64,000 bases of DNA from NCBI GenBank assembly GCA_010356995.1, contig ML996698.1, forward strand, positions 245,923 through 309,922, read 5' to 3'. A program made the translations under genes and the position numbers. Of this stretch, positions 38,018 through 50,943 are shown in pieces. This DNA is from Trichodelitschia bisporula (Eukaryota). Positions within the stretch are counted from its first letter, which is position 1. Every line of letters starts with the position of its first letter. The notes beneath the pieces were generated by a model. It was not told where the DNA came from, made no database searches, and was given only the letters and a program-made list of their open reading frames with translations.

Positions 38018-38464
38018 GATGAGAATGTACTAGAGTTTTGAACAAAAATGTACAGCTTTCTTGTCTCTCTCGAAGGTGTTGAAGAGGAGAGAGTTGTTGT
38101 TGAAGTCCTCTTCACGTCCCCCACTTCACCCCGCCAGCTGGCGGTGAAGTGGCTGGGCCCCTTCCCTCATTGGCCGCGGGACGAGCCGCCGGGACAAGGG
38201 TCCTTGCATGCAAATCTTGAGCCGCAACGGCGATAGCGACGTGCGACGACATCTTCCCGAGTCCATTTCACGGTGAACCGAGCATACAGGTGCGTTTATA
38301 TCCATTGCCTTTCGAAATCCTCCCCAGAGCACGGTACTACATCTCTAGGCGCTTCGGACCCCTCCTCTCCCCGGCAATCCCCATCCTCGGCCCACCAGCT
38401 AACCCTCCCAGCCCTCACCGTCGCACTCCCAGTCACTGCAGAACGCGAGCCTCCCATCACCGCA

Positions 38465-39279
38465 ATGGCAAGCGAAGACGCCTGTCCCGTAGACCACAAA
38501 ACGCGCGCCGCATGGCTCGAGCAAGCCGCCGCACAAAAAGCCGCCGGCAACCCCGCCCCTCCCCCGCACCCCGCCAAACCCGCTCCGCCCCCCCTCCCCG
38601 CCGGCCAGACCTGTGACTCCAGCGCCATGGACCAGACCCCCGCACCCTCGCACACCGCGTCCTCGCTCCTCGCCAGTCTGCGCCTGGGCACCCAGCGCGA
38701 AGTATCCACGATACCGCGTGCAGCAGGCGAGGGCGCGAGCGCCGCGCCCGCGAACGCAGAGGCCGAGAGCGGGAAGGATAAGAGCGGGATGTGGATTTAC
38801 CCATCGGAGCAGATGTTCTTCGAGGCGATGCGGCGGAAGAGTTATGATCCCAAGGCGGAGGATATGCGCGCCATTGTGCCGATACATAATGCGGTTAATG
38901 AGCGGGCGTGGAGGGAGATTTTGGGGTGGGAGAAGGGGAGAGGTGGGGAGGGGTGAGTTTCTTTTACACTTGGGGGTGGGGGTGGGGCTAATGGGTGCAT
39001 AGGTGCGGCGGCCCGAAGCTCGCGAGCTTCAGCGGGAATAGCCAGGCGCTAACGCCTAAGGCGCGGATTAATACGCTGCTCGGGTATCAGGCGCCGTTTG
39101 ATCGGCATGATTGGGTGGTGGATCGGTGTGGCACAAGGGTGGAGTATGTGATTGATTTTTATGCGGGGAGGGATGAGGGGAAGCCGGGGAAGAGCTTGAA
39201 TTTTTATCTCGATGTGAGGCCGAAGCTGAATACGTGGGAGGGGTGGAAGATGCGGGTGGGGAGATTTGTGGGGGCATAG
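38465..39279 (+). CDS. CYT2: Cytochrome c1 heme lyase (one intron)
   Basis: CPV heme-regulatory motif (CPVDH), REVSTIPR, WIYPSEQMFFEAMRRK, IHNAVNERAW, PFDRHDWVVDRCG, YLDVRPKL. Confidence 0.9.
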
Positions 39280-41870
39280 GGCGGGGGTTTAGTAGTAGGC
39301 GTTGGGAGATGGGGATTGGGATTGGAATGGGGATGGGGATGGAGATGGGGATGAGGATAGGGTATCTTGTGAGTATCTCGACTCCTGTGTATTTATGTGC
39401 AACGCGAATGTCATGTTACGTCATCTTTTGTAGGATCGGGAATGGTGGAGACCAGGAGAGCGTCCAATACAACACAAATTTGCTAGAAGGCTTCGACTTC
39501 CAACTACAGCGGAATATCACGGCACTCGGGACGAAGTCTGCAGAGATGACAGGCGTGGCGGTACAGAGCAGAGGTGGCGAGGCGACTGAGGGCAAGAATG
39601 GCGAAGACGATACTTGGGATATCACCTCGCATCCAGCATCAAGATCCAGCACCACCGGGGTCAATCGCCAGCACGCGCCGCTCCCTCCTTCCACTCGTCC
39701 CAACCCCTTCAAGGCGCCGTCGCTATGCTGGCGGGTGCATCGGACGAGACCAACCCAACCGCCGTATAAGTTTTACTTTCCGCAAAGTACTGCTATCGAT
39801 AGGGGGGGGGCAGGTATGGAATGGCCCAGCAGTATGGGCAGCAGCTCCATGACCGTCTGCACCACATGCCTCGATCCCGCGTTCGAAACCCTCCCAAGAA
39901 AAATCCCCTCATGGCTTTCAAGGCTTCTTTCGTACTAGAGGGGGTTTTCGTAAGCCGTGATGGCTAGCTTTTTGGTGTTTTGGGCTTTTTTTGTGGTTGT
40001 GTTCAGGTGTTTTTTTGCTGTTGTGGGATCTGGCTGAGGGGGCTGAGAGGGGAGCAACACGGCAAGGCAACACTGGCTGCAAGGTATCACGGTATATGCA
40101 ACCCTTTTGCTGGTTTGCTCAACGCAGCTCTTTTGACCGCTGAGTACAGATGGCCTGCGAGTTCCCCGCATGATCTAATCCGGTACACATTCTCTCCCGA
40201 GTTTCCCATCACAAGGCTTACAACAAGGAGTAGAATTTCAGTTGCTTCTTACAGCCACTGGGATTTCCTAGGACAATCCACTTCAAAGTGTATCATAAAA
40301 GTCCATATACCTCCCAAGCCTCGATCACTCAAGCATTTACACAGGAAAATAAAGCGTCAATCCGGATCCGTCACTGTTTCAACATGCTATCGTCCACCGT
40401 ATCAGCCATCAGCAAATGTCCATCCATATACTTTCGCCGAAAGGAGCAGCCCCAGATAAGGCGCAACCTTTCCCCCGGCCATCTAGTACCAAATATGTGA
40501 CTGCCCATGTCCACTTATAGCCATCCTGGTGCCGAATATACACGGTGTATATAGTGTTTGTCCCACGAACGGCTCCCAGAGTTGGAGCGAAGGATTCTGA
40601 CTGGAGCCCTTCCTGTGATCACCATATATCGAAACACGATCCCCGAAACCACCTATATGAGAGGATAAATGAGAACAGTCGGCACGAGGACGAGATCTGA
40701 AGGATGATGACGGTACACGAGGCGCGCTTCGAGCGGGGGAATGCGGGGAAGGGAAATGTTTCAGCGGTGGAGTGGAATGATGAACTCGCGGAGCTGCATG
40801 CGAGGAATGCGCGTCGGTTGTGAATCGGCGAAGGTGAGCGAGGTGTGCGCGCAAGACATGAAGGCGTCTCGAAGCGAGTCAACCCGTATAAGTGGCTCGC
40901 AGATTGCGGCATGGTTGCTTATCGTCGTCGGGGGAGACATGATGACCCCGTCCTTCGAGGCGCCTCTCGGACCAGGTTTGGCGGGGGAACCGAAACGTAT
41001 AATACCAGATGCAGATTTGGAAGCATGAAACTCTGTGGAGCGGAAGAGGGACGAAGTGACTAAACCCAACGGCGATGATCTCCCTTCATGATGATAGGTG
41101 GATCGGATTTGGGGGGGAGGGAAAAGGTATATGACTTGATGCCTGTGAGCTTCCCTCGCACAACAGGCTCAACTATATCCATCTCGCGGGCAAGATTTTG
41201 GAACGCCCGCACGTTCGTATAAGAAACCTTGGTGCCCGGTGAGATGCTGTACAGAGTGTGCAGGTTGTCGAGGAGGTGGTCGGACAACATATACGAAAAA
41301 CGTTGATTGCCGTGTCGATGTCAAGATTAAACCTGCCGCTCTGGTTGAACAGCCGAGCTTGAGTGACCACGCCGTCGTCGCTGCGCAGTCTCCGGCGCTG
41401 TCGGGTATATCGCGGTGCCGTTTGATTGGTGGAAGGGACTGGAGCTGGGGGACTGACAGGGCGTAGCGAGGATGATACATCCGTGGAGATTCTCCACTCC
41501 TGCTGGAGCTTGGTCGCGTTCTCATGGGCGCAGAAGCCGCTCATTTGGAGCGCATTGCCGACCAGGTTCTCGAGAAGCTTCTCCAGCTTCTTCCAGCGGG
41601 ACAGGTAGAGGCGACGAGGGACGAACCCGCTCTCTAGGTCCTCAGGGAAGACCACTGCATCCGGGTGCTCGAAGTGGAACGCCCGGGCCGCTTGGAGGAA
41701 GTCGAAGCCCCACTCCTTGATGTAGTTATGGGCGGCCTTGTCGCTGAGACCAGAGAACTTTTTGAACAAAGAAGTCTCTACGGCCGTTCCACATGTACGC
41801 CCTTAAGCGGTTTGCGGACGAATTCCGAGTCGTCGGGCTCTGGAGCCTTGGAGGCAGATAAAGGATATCA

Positions 41871-42008
<138 letters not shown>

Positions 42009-42300
42009 CTAGATGGAGAATGGACTGAGATAGAGAAGGAGGCGTAAGCGAGAGATGGGAAATGCAAGAAGGAGAAGATGGACTGAGAGTGAAAAGGAGA
42101 ATGATGAGTTTGCCAATACCTCTGCTTCGAGGAGCGACAGTCAGTCCAGTTACAGATGTGTTTGGGGAGATAATGGGAAGGCACGACCGACCGGCGCGGC
42201 GCGCACAGCGCGTGACGATTACGAGAAACCGATCGGGTTGTTGGTATGCGAAATGTGATCTGCCCCCTCAGTAAAGACACATACAAGCTGTCATCGAGGC

Positions 42301-42432
42301 AGGGATATCAGTAGCATTGCACTCCATCGGACAGCCGTAGAGGACGCAGATAACACTCTCATGAGCAATGATTATGAGGTCATTGTGCTCGCGCTCGAGT
42401 TCAAGGTTGATCGGTTCAAGGCGGACGGCCAA
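42301..42432 (-). pseudogene. Isolated fragment of 6-phosphofructo-2-kinase/fructose-2,6-bisphosphatase (Pfk26-type)
   Basis: [44 protein letters not shown] resembles the recalled [44 protein letters not shown]. Confidence 0.85.
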
Positions 42433-42725
42433 GCGGAGGCCGTCGACGGGTATTGAAGATGATGGCGACAAAAAAGTCGAACTGTCCGGAAGCGGGAGAG
42501 AGCCGAAGCTGCGGCTCCCGGGGCTAATATAGAAGCCGCGGACGACTGGGCGCAAGATCTCGAAGCGGTATATCCGCAATATATAGCCCCATTGAGTCAG
42601 TAGGCGCGTTTGAGCCGCCGATTGAGCGTCATCTGCGTGTCATGGCTGACAATACGTCGCGGAGTCATTGGAAGCGAAAATGAGGATGGGGACGCTCCTC
42701 TCCCGGATATAGCTTGCGCGGCAGC

Positions 42726-42939
42726 CTCGCACGGCGCCGTCAGGTCCGCAGCGGGCAGCAGCTGAAGTATTCCGAGCTTCTTCGTCTGTCCGAGACAAAT
42801 GTGGTTGTCGGTTGCTGATTGGCGCTTATGGAATGACCATCGTAGCAAAATACGGGGAGCGAGTTCATTCTCCGAAGTAGTCGCGCTTCAAATGGTTGTA
42901 TGCCGGGAAGTAGATCGCCGAGAAGGGGATGTCCCGCAG
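42726..42939 (-). pseudogene. Split fragment of the mitochondrial aspartate/glutamate carrier (Agc1/citrin type)
   Basis: LRDIPFSAIYFPAYNHLKRDYFGE (42868-42939), then about 80 bp of unrelated sequence, then QTKKLGILQLL-PAADLTAPC (42726-42788). Confidence 0.85.
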
Positions 42940-43132
42940 TATATAATGGCGTAGCTGCTCATCTTTCTCGAGCAAGGTGCTGCGAGTCTCTTCCTTGGTG
43001 GCTTCGTTCTGACGCTTGCGTCCCTAATAGCTTGCTGGACTTGCTTGAAAAGGGCCCCGGCTTCATCAACATCCTTCTGCCCTTGAATGCCGATATGGTG
43101 GTTCTCAGCATGGCGCCGAGCGTAGTTCCACT

Positions 43133-43480
43133 CAGTCCGAGCTTTGCAACCGCCTTGCGGGCTTTCTTCTCGTTGCGCGAGTGGACGGCAACAGACGAGT
43201 CCATGGGGATCACGGCCTCACCCTCGTTGTCGACCTTAGCATTCTTCCCCTATATACGAGCGGCGGCGCCGGCGGACCGCCGGTTGTCGGGGTCGTCAGG
43301 ATTTATAAGCGGGCCTTCTTCTCGTTGCGCGAGTGGACAGCAACGGACGCGCTTCGTCGTGGGTATTGAATGCCAGGTCCATGTCCTGGAGATGGTGCAT
43401 GAAGTTCTTCATCATCCCCAGCAGCGCTTCTCGACCTCAGAGTCATCGTCGGAGCCAGCGTCCTCAACCTCAACATTCTC
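43133..43480 (-). pseudogene. Two tandem fragments of NAC alpha subunit (Egd2); the upstream copy is interrupted by a probable GT90/CAP10 fragment
   Basis: VEDAGSDDDSEVE ... [14 protein letters not shown] and [26 protein letters not shown]; insert MMKNFMHHLQDMDLAFNTHDE at 43353-43415. Confidence 0.85.
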
Positions 43481-46207
43481 CTGATATACTCGCAGCGGCG
43501 CCGGCGCCAGACCGCTGGCAGCCAGGATCTGACCAGGATCTACTTTTCCAGGAAGTACGCCGTCGGGATGGGCCCACTGCGGAATATCTTCGTTAGGATC
43601 TATAAGGCGTGGACTTGCATTTTCTTGATATTCAAATGGGTTTTGAGGTGTTGGGAGAGGTTTGGAACTGGAGTTAGGAAAAGGTTGTGGATGGGTTGGG
43701 TTTGTGTGAACTGAGGAGGAAGAGAATAGGAAGAGAATAGGAAGAGGAAAAGGTTCAGAGTTAGAAGAGGGTAGCACCGTCGTTGTACACGGTAGGCGCT
43801 CCGAGAGCGGAGGTTTTCATATATAGTCGCTCCGTTTGCCGGGGGTGGTTTGCGCTTGGTGGATCGACGGAGGAACAACCGGTGCGAACCAGGTGGGACA
43901 CGCGGAAACAAGGGCATGCGCCTTGAAGCGCTATCTGTTGCTCGTTAGATGCGTTTACATCTCGTGTGAAGGGTTACTCACATAGATGCGTTTATATAAT
44001 TTCAAACTCATACTATCCCGATGGAGCCCGTCCGCTGACGTCGTTTTGTGCGCATACTTGACAGTTGCGGATTTGAGCTCCGGCGGGACGCGCGGTTGGT
44101 ACTCCTTAAGAAATGTCGAGATTGGGTCGTCGCTGTGGATTCATCGGAGACATTCGTCTTAACCGATGGCTTGTCCATGGCAGGCTTAGCAGCTTCCGTC
44201 GTCTTCGCCGTGGCGGGGGCAGGAGTGATAGCCCCAGCTTCGTCAGTTTAATACCAGTGTTCTTGAACTCCTCTGCCCGTACGACGTTGCGCAAATTATC
44301 AGAGCGGCTGCCGGACGTCGTCGATGCGTTGCGAGGGTATGTGCCGTTGAATCCCTTGATGATGTTGCGCGGGAAGGGTCAGACAGTAGGGACCACCGAA
44401 GCGTGATACCCAACGTCGGGTTGTCCGGTGGAATGGAAAGGTAAATTTCACGAATGCGCTGTCCCTCCAGTCCATGTGGTTAGTCATGCCATTAAACAAA
44501 CGCTCGAGCATAACTTACCTTTGCGGTCCACACCCCGAGGCTTATAGTGGAGCGGAGCGGCGCGGTGCTCGGCACCGCGGCGTTTGCGATATATCGGCGT
44601 TGCCGCTGTCTGTTGATTGTTAGATGAGTTTACACCTCGCGTTAGGGATACGTACATAGATACGTAGATGACGACAGCTGTCGTATACACATCGGTCGCC
44701 TTGTACTCCTGAAGCACGTCGAGAAACTGCCAGACACCGCTAATCTTAGCCGTCACTCGGCTTTCCGAGTGGGCGTCAACCGGAATATAAGAAAAAGGTG
44801 GAAAGTAGAGCTTGTGCACAGAGAAAGTGTCCTTGAGGCATGGTTGTGGAGGAAGAAGAAGAGGAAGAGGCAGTGAGCACCGATTTTGACAACGCTCCTG
44901 AGCCGCGATGAATAAGCGCCCATGTGAATACCGCGTTGAGTAGTCGGAAATCTTGGCGCCCGTCTCGACAGTGAGTAATGGTAAAACGTTTTCCCAGCAG
45001 TGAATACCGCTCAAATGCGCAGTGATGGTTGACAGACCAGAGCCGCGGCCGGCATCACAGGAAGGCACGGCTGCGATTCAGCCTCGTCGGCGAATTTCTT
45101 GTTCGGCTCCATCCCCTGCGCCTCGGCCCGGTGCGGGACATACGCCTCTCGCCGCGCTTCTTCCCAGCCACCACTCCTTACATCAAAAGTCATCCCCATT
45201 TCCCCTCCCCGGTCAACCCCACCCAACCCTTCGAACATTCCCCGCCGCCCTCAACCCTCCAGCAACACACCAACTGACGTCTCCAGCGCCAAGCCCGTAA
45301 TCCTCGTATGCTTGCCATTTCGGGCAACGGCAGAGCGGGGCAGGGATCATGGCGCCGCGCCGCCGGGCTGAGATTGCGCGCTGCAGGGGTCATCCTAATC
45401 TAGATCTCGCGTTGCCGGGGCATGGGGTTGTTGACGTGCAAGGGGATAAAAGGAGATCGATGTTCATGCAAGATGCCGTCTGACAAGATTGGAGTCTGAT
45501 AAGAGGATGATAGAACTTCAGCTTTGATGTGAAGAGCAGGCGAGCCTCAGGTCTGCTGTGAGGAGAATACATCTGTTTACCGTCAACGTCGTCCCAAGAA
45601 GTGAATCAACAATCGGACCACAAAGACGCGGCATGATCCAGCCATACCGCGTCCTCTCGGAACATACCGTACGGTAGTTGATACCGTAAATAGCCCGTCC
45701 CCAACCCACCCGTTCCTTCACAATGGGGGCGGAACTCGTGTCCCCCCAAAAGCGCCAGTCACCACCACCGCGGTCCTCCCTCCACCCCCATCTCCATCAC
45801 AATCCCTCTGACTCTCCTCCCCCTGTGGCTTACCTCACACGACCGCCATCCCCCTTTCCGCCCAGCGCCCGCCCTCCCCCCCGTACCCTAGGCCCAATCA
45901 CCCGCGCACGCCACCCGCACGAGCCCCTTTCCGTCCCATGCGCAGCCTTCGCCGCGATGGTGATGTGGAAATAAGGTTCTCACGCCAACTTGACCGGTAC
46001 GGTAGGACGGGCTAGCAACGGGCGCGCAGGCCAAGGCTGAGCGGCACGCGTGGAGGCAACCCAGAATCTCTGCGAAGAATGTATAAAGAAGGGCGCTGCG
46101 CCGCGCGCGTCGTCGTCCGGTTCTTTGTCCGTCCAGTCGCTCCTTGCATCCATCGTCGATACCCAGCCTTACTTCCCACCTTCCGTCAATCCTTTGAAAT
46201 CATCGCA

Positions 46208-46861
46208 ATGGCCGCCCCCGCCCCCGCTCCCCATGCCCAAGCTGGCCCCACCAAGCCCGGCCCCGTCGACCACGCCGACGTTGAGTCCTGGAAGGCGCGC
46301 TTCAACGAGGTCCTCGCGAAGCCGGATGTGATCACCGCGCCTGGGCCCGCCGATGCGCGCGAGTGGAACGCCGGGTTTTTCGGGTGCTGCAACCCGATTG
46401 ACACCTGTGGGCCTTCCTGCCCCACGCACAAAATGCTCTGCTAACCACGCTCGAGGCCTCATCACCTGGTGTCTCCCCTGTGTAACCTTCGGCAAGACGC
46501 ACCATCGCACGCGCAAGCACGCCGGGCTGGAAGGGTATGAGGCGATCAACACCTCTGTTAGTGCCCCCTCCTTCCCTCTCCCCAAGACCATCACTAACAT
46601 CCGCAGTGCCTGCTCTTCACGGCCGCAGCCTTTGTCGGCCTCCACTGGATCCCTGCCTCGATGCAGCGCTCCGACATCCGCCGCAAGTACCACCTGCAGG
46701 GCAACTGCCTGACGGATATTGCGTCGGCGTGCTGCTGTGCGCTGTGCGATCTGGTGCAGCAGGAGAAGGAGGCGGAGTTCCGGGAGGCGGAGCTCGGGAA
46801 GGGCGCGCCTGTCCAGCAGCAGTATGGGCAGCATGAGGGGATGGAGTATGCTAAGCACTAG
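46208..46861 (+). CDS. PLAC8-family (DUF614) cysteine-rich protein, 2 introns
   Basis: WNAGFFGCC, CLITWCLPCVTFGK, QRSDIRRKYHLQG, CCCALCDLVQQEKE. Confidence 0.92.
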
Positions 46862-47096
46862 GATGTTTCTGGGGAAGGATTGAGTGGGAGGGGTAATACT
46901 GGGGATAGGTTTGGAGTTAGGCGATGAGGATAGCGCCTTGCTGTAGTTGAGTAAGGCTGAAATGCGCGGTGCTGTGCGAATTGGACCATAATGCCTGGCG
47001 TTGGTGGAGGTACGATGTCCCTGACCTTAAATGGGAACTTACCGTACATTCATCACAACCCAGACCGAGCTTCACCCAGTCCCGTCCCGATACACT

Positions 47097-47309
47097 TGTT
47101 GGAAACATGTGCTTTATACGTGCAATGGCTACCGTATGAAGTAAAAGTCTGATGAGAGGCGAAGAAGAGAAGAGAGTTGGAGACCCTCGCGACCAAGTAA
47201 ATAGTACACCGTGTGGCAAATGTCCTCCCATGCTCCTGCCTTCTATCATGAACACATTACATCATGTACCTTCTCAACAGTAACATGCTCCGGCCTCATG
47301 TCTACATCA
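47097..47309 (+). repeat. Dispersed repeat copy A (candidate degenerate solo LTR)
   Basis: Shares ccttctatcatg, cacattacatcatg and cctcatg.ctacatca with 58393-58639. Confidence 0.75.
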
Positions 47310-47498
47310 CACGCCGTCCATCCCTTTCCAAAGTGACATCACGAAGCATGGTGTCCAACTATGAGGCATACACATACGAAACGGTGTTGACTCAGTTGAG
47401 CCTAGGCCCATCTATCCGCCCACGTCCACAAACGGGTATCAATCCTAACCCACAGTCTGTCCCCAAACGCCTTTCTTGATATGCACACTCCACACACA

Positions 47499-49297
47499 CT
47501 AAACATTCGCCAACCAGTACGCCGCCCCCGCAATCCCCGCCCCCACCGCCCCAACAGCCGGCACCCACGACCCCGGTGCCCTCGCCGCCTCGCGCCTCGC
47601 CCTCACTTCCGGCGGCTCATCACGGATGGAAACCACATTGCCGAACATTTCCTCCAGACCCGTCTCCCCCCCCTCCCCCGGCAACTGCAACCTACTCTCC
47701 GCAAGCGCGAAGCTACTCCGCTCCCGCCCGAGCTGCAGCGGGCTGCTCTTCCCGCCGAAGGCCATGGCGGCGTTGAATTTTTCCTTCGAGGCTTCGGACG
47801 CGCGGGTGAATTGCACGGCGGGCTTGTAGGGCTTGTGGGCGGGTGGGACGGGTGCGGCGGGGAGGATGCCGCGGAAGGGGGAGGGGCCGGTGGGGGATGC
47901 GGGCTGGGGAGGGCGCTGGATGGGGCGGGGGTTGAAGGTCTGGGGTCTGGTGGGGGTCCATTCCATTTGGTTTGGGTCGTTTTCCTCGGGATTGTAAGGT
48001 ACGAGGTCCATACCGTATGAGCGGGGGTTGTGGATCGCGTCGTCGTCGGATGGAGGGGAGGGTGCTCGGCGCGCGAGGGCAGAGATAGGGAATGAGGTCG
48101 AGGAGGTCGAGGAGCGGAAGAAGTCGGCGCCTTTTTTGGGAGCCGTTACGGCGCCTTCGGGTGGGACGACGGGTTTAAGGCCCGCGAAGGAGATGCGGGG
48201 GGTTGTGGAGTGTTTGACTATCCAGAGGGATCTGATCGACGTCTGTTTCGTTAGCTTGTGGCGTCGGCTAGATGCAAGAACTTACGAGGATCATGAAGAT
48301 GAACATGAAGGCGTGGACGGCGCGGTAGTCGAACGGGAGCTTGTCGGCCCTGGATTCGCCCCAGCCTGCCCCGATGCGCGTGACGAGGACCACCCATTGC
48401 ATGAGCATGTGCTCTAGCTGTCCGTGGAGCTGGCCGCCCTGGTGGAGCCGTTTCCGTAGTTGCGGATTCCACCAGCAGGTGACAGAGCTCAGAGCCACAG
48501 CGAGAACGGCGAAACTTCTCACTGCATCGAAGCAGCTCTCACGCACTACACCGGCCTGAAAGCTGTGAACCGTACACGAGGCCACATGCGAGACTCCACG
48601 CCACTTCCGCCCAGAATCCTCCACAAGTTCCAGCTCCGGCGTCAACATGCCCAGCGCATTATAGACAAGCTGGACCAGCACAGATAGTGACCAGCCCAAC
48701 CCGCCCAGAGACAGCCCCACATCCTTCCACCGAAAGGTGCCCTTATTCCCCGCCAACCCGCCCCTCTTCGTCTTATCCATCATGCGCCTTAGATGGTCCG
48801 TCTTCGCCGCATACACCGTCGCCCTCAACCGATCATTCACCCGCGGCGCGCAGTCAGCGCATATCTGCGGATACCGCTTCTCCAACCCGGCCTTGTACGT
48901 CTCGAATGCGTCCTCGTATTCCCGCGCATCAGGCCCGTCCACGTCCGGCAGATATGATGACAAGGCCTGGTGGTACAAGTGCTGGTTCTTCTGGCAAGTG
49001 GTGCAGAAGGGGCTGTTGCGCATGGGCTCGAGGTCGGGAGACATGGGGCGCGGCGAGGGGCGGGCGTATTTTGCGCTTCCTGGGGTGGACTGAGGGGGTG
49101 GGTCGGTGATCTGGCCGTTCTGGAGGGTTCGAGTTAGTATGTAGACTTCTGGCAGATGTCAGCAGACGTACCTCGTCCAAGTAGTTCACGGCTTCGCAAG
49201 AGTCGCATTTCCACTCCCGCAGTTGCCTGGTCGCTCTGCGGTCGGACGGCGTGCCGCAGTAAAAGCAGGTCAAGCGTCGACGGATGAGCGACGCCAT
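47499..49297 (-). CDS. IMA1: Inner nuclear membrane protein Ima1 (Samp1/NET5 family), 2 introns
   Basis: LTCFYCG, WKCDSCEAVNYLDE|NGQITDPP, FCTTCQKNQ, LEKRYPQICADCAPRV, TM segments, MEWTPT and TGPSPFRGILP. Confidence 0.9.
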
Positions 49298-49681
49298 GTT
49301 TGCTTAACTTCGCAGCAGAAAAGTTGGTATTTACAGCTCAAGAGATAAACGTTGCTGTTGTTCCAGGCGTGCGTTGTCGAGCGAGACGGTATTGCTAAAC
49401 ACCGGCCAAAGTCCTTGACAACCAAGTTCCCGGGCCCCAAGGCACCAGCCACACCAACCTTGGCACGCAGCCATCGGCGGACGGGGTCTGTGCCGAAAAC
49501 GCCGCGCCGGCGGGAAGATTCTGAGCTTAATCGGGCGCCAACACCACCATTGAGACAGCACCATCGACATCACGAGCACACGGCCGTCTCTTCCAGCACC
49601 CACGAGCGTCGCTGCGAACATCTTGCCAACCGGGCCTACCCCTAGCGCTCGATTGGCCCGCCCGGCCGTCCGCCGCCCACG

Positions 49682-50943
49682 ATGTTGAAGCTCATGGCCC
49701 GCACGGCCAAGGCGCAAAAAACAGCCAAAAAGCTCAAAGAGGCACAGCAAAAGACGACCCGACATCTCAAGGAAAAAGAAGCGCGAGACCACCTACGGCT
49801 CAAGCAGAAAGTGCTGGTAGAGAACATGAAGGCGGCGCGCATCGCGCGCCGCGAGGACTACGAACTAGGTCCCCTGGCGCCGAACCGGCACGCCGGCGAG
49901 CAAGGCGAAAAGTACGGGACTGCGGCTGGGCAGCTGCTGCAGTATTACAAGCTGCCACGGAATGAGCTGGAGCGCGCGAAGAAGAGGAGGGGGGAGAATG
50001 AGTTCAGGGTTAATGATCGGGTTGTTGTGCTCAGGGGACGGGAGAGGGGAAAGATTGGGACAGTGTTCGAGGTGCAAGACGAGACGATGAAGATTTTGGG
50101 GGTTAATCACGTATGTGGGACTGGTATGTATGGGCTACATGCTGATGACGGCAGGTTGAGATGCATGTCCCCGAGTGGATGCGCAAGGCCGAGAGCTCGA
50201 CTGCCCCGGTACGGTCCATGTCCGCGCCCGTCCCCCTATCAGACGTCCGCCTCGTCTACCCCGTTGCGGGACCGGATGGAAAGGATCGGGAGGTGATCGT
50301 GGCGGCCATGGACTTCCGCTGGCGCCAAATCCCGGGTACACAAGAAAAGAAGCGCCGAATCCCAGGCACACAAGAAAAGGACTACTCAGTGCCACACAAA
50401 GGCGACCTCCTCGCCCTAGACGACCCCTCCGCCGAAGAAAACCCCCTCATCACGCGCTTCACCCCGGCGCCAGGCTACAAGTGGGAAAAGGTCCGCTATA
50501 TCAAAGGCCAAGCCGTGGAAATCGTAACCGTGAAGCCAGCGGACGAGGACGTGGACGAGCCATACACCGACTCGGACACACTCCGTATCCAGACAGAGAA
50601 GGAAACCTTCTTGCCGGCGCTGACGCAGCCACCTATGCCACCTGAGGTCATCGACGAGTTGCGCGGCAAGTACAGCGATTACCGCGATCGCCATGAGCCG
50701 GAGTATATTGCGAAGAAGGAGGAGATTGATGAAGGGAGGGAGCGTTTGAAGCGGTCGAACGTTTTGAGGATGATGACGCCGCATCGCGAGTTTTCGATCA
50801 GATCACGCATGGCTGTGCAGGCGTATAGGAAGAGGAGGGCGCCTGATGTCAGCGTGCTGGCTGCTATTGGCGAGCATATGAGCAGGAGTAAGTCGCTGAA
50901 ACTTTCGTCGCCGAAGGCTGTGAGCCCCGAGGCGGCCCCGTAG
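49682..50943 (+). CDS. MRPL40: Mitochondrial ribosomal protein uL24m (YmL40-like, KOW motif), one intron
   Basis: REDYELGPLAP, KOW motif FRVNDRVVVLRGRERGKIGTV, SDVRLVYP, PPMPPEVIDELRGKYS. Confidence 0.85.

Noticed and set aside
44000..45100. Possible spliced relic gene on the minus strand
   Set aside because: Intron-like signals are present, but I found no coherent frame or recognisable family; it may belong to the fragment mosaic.
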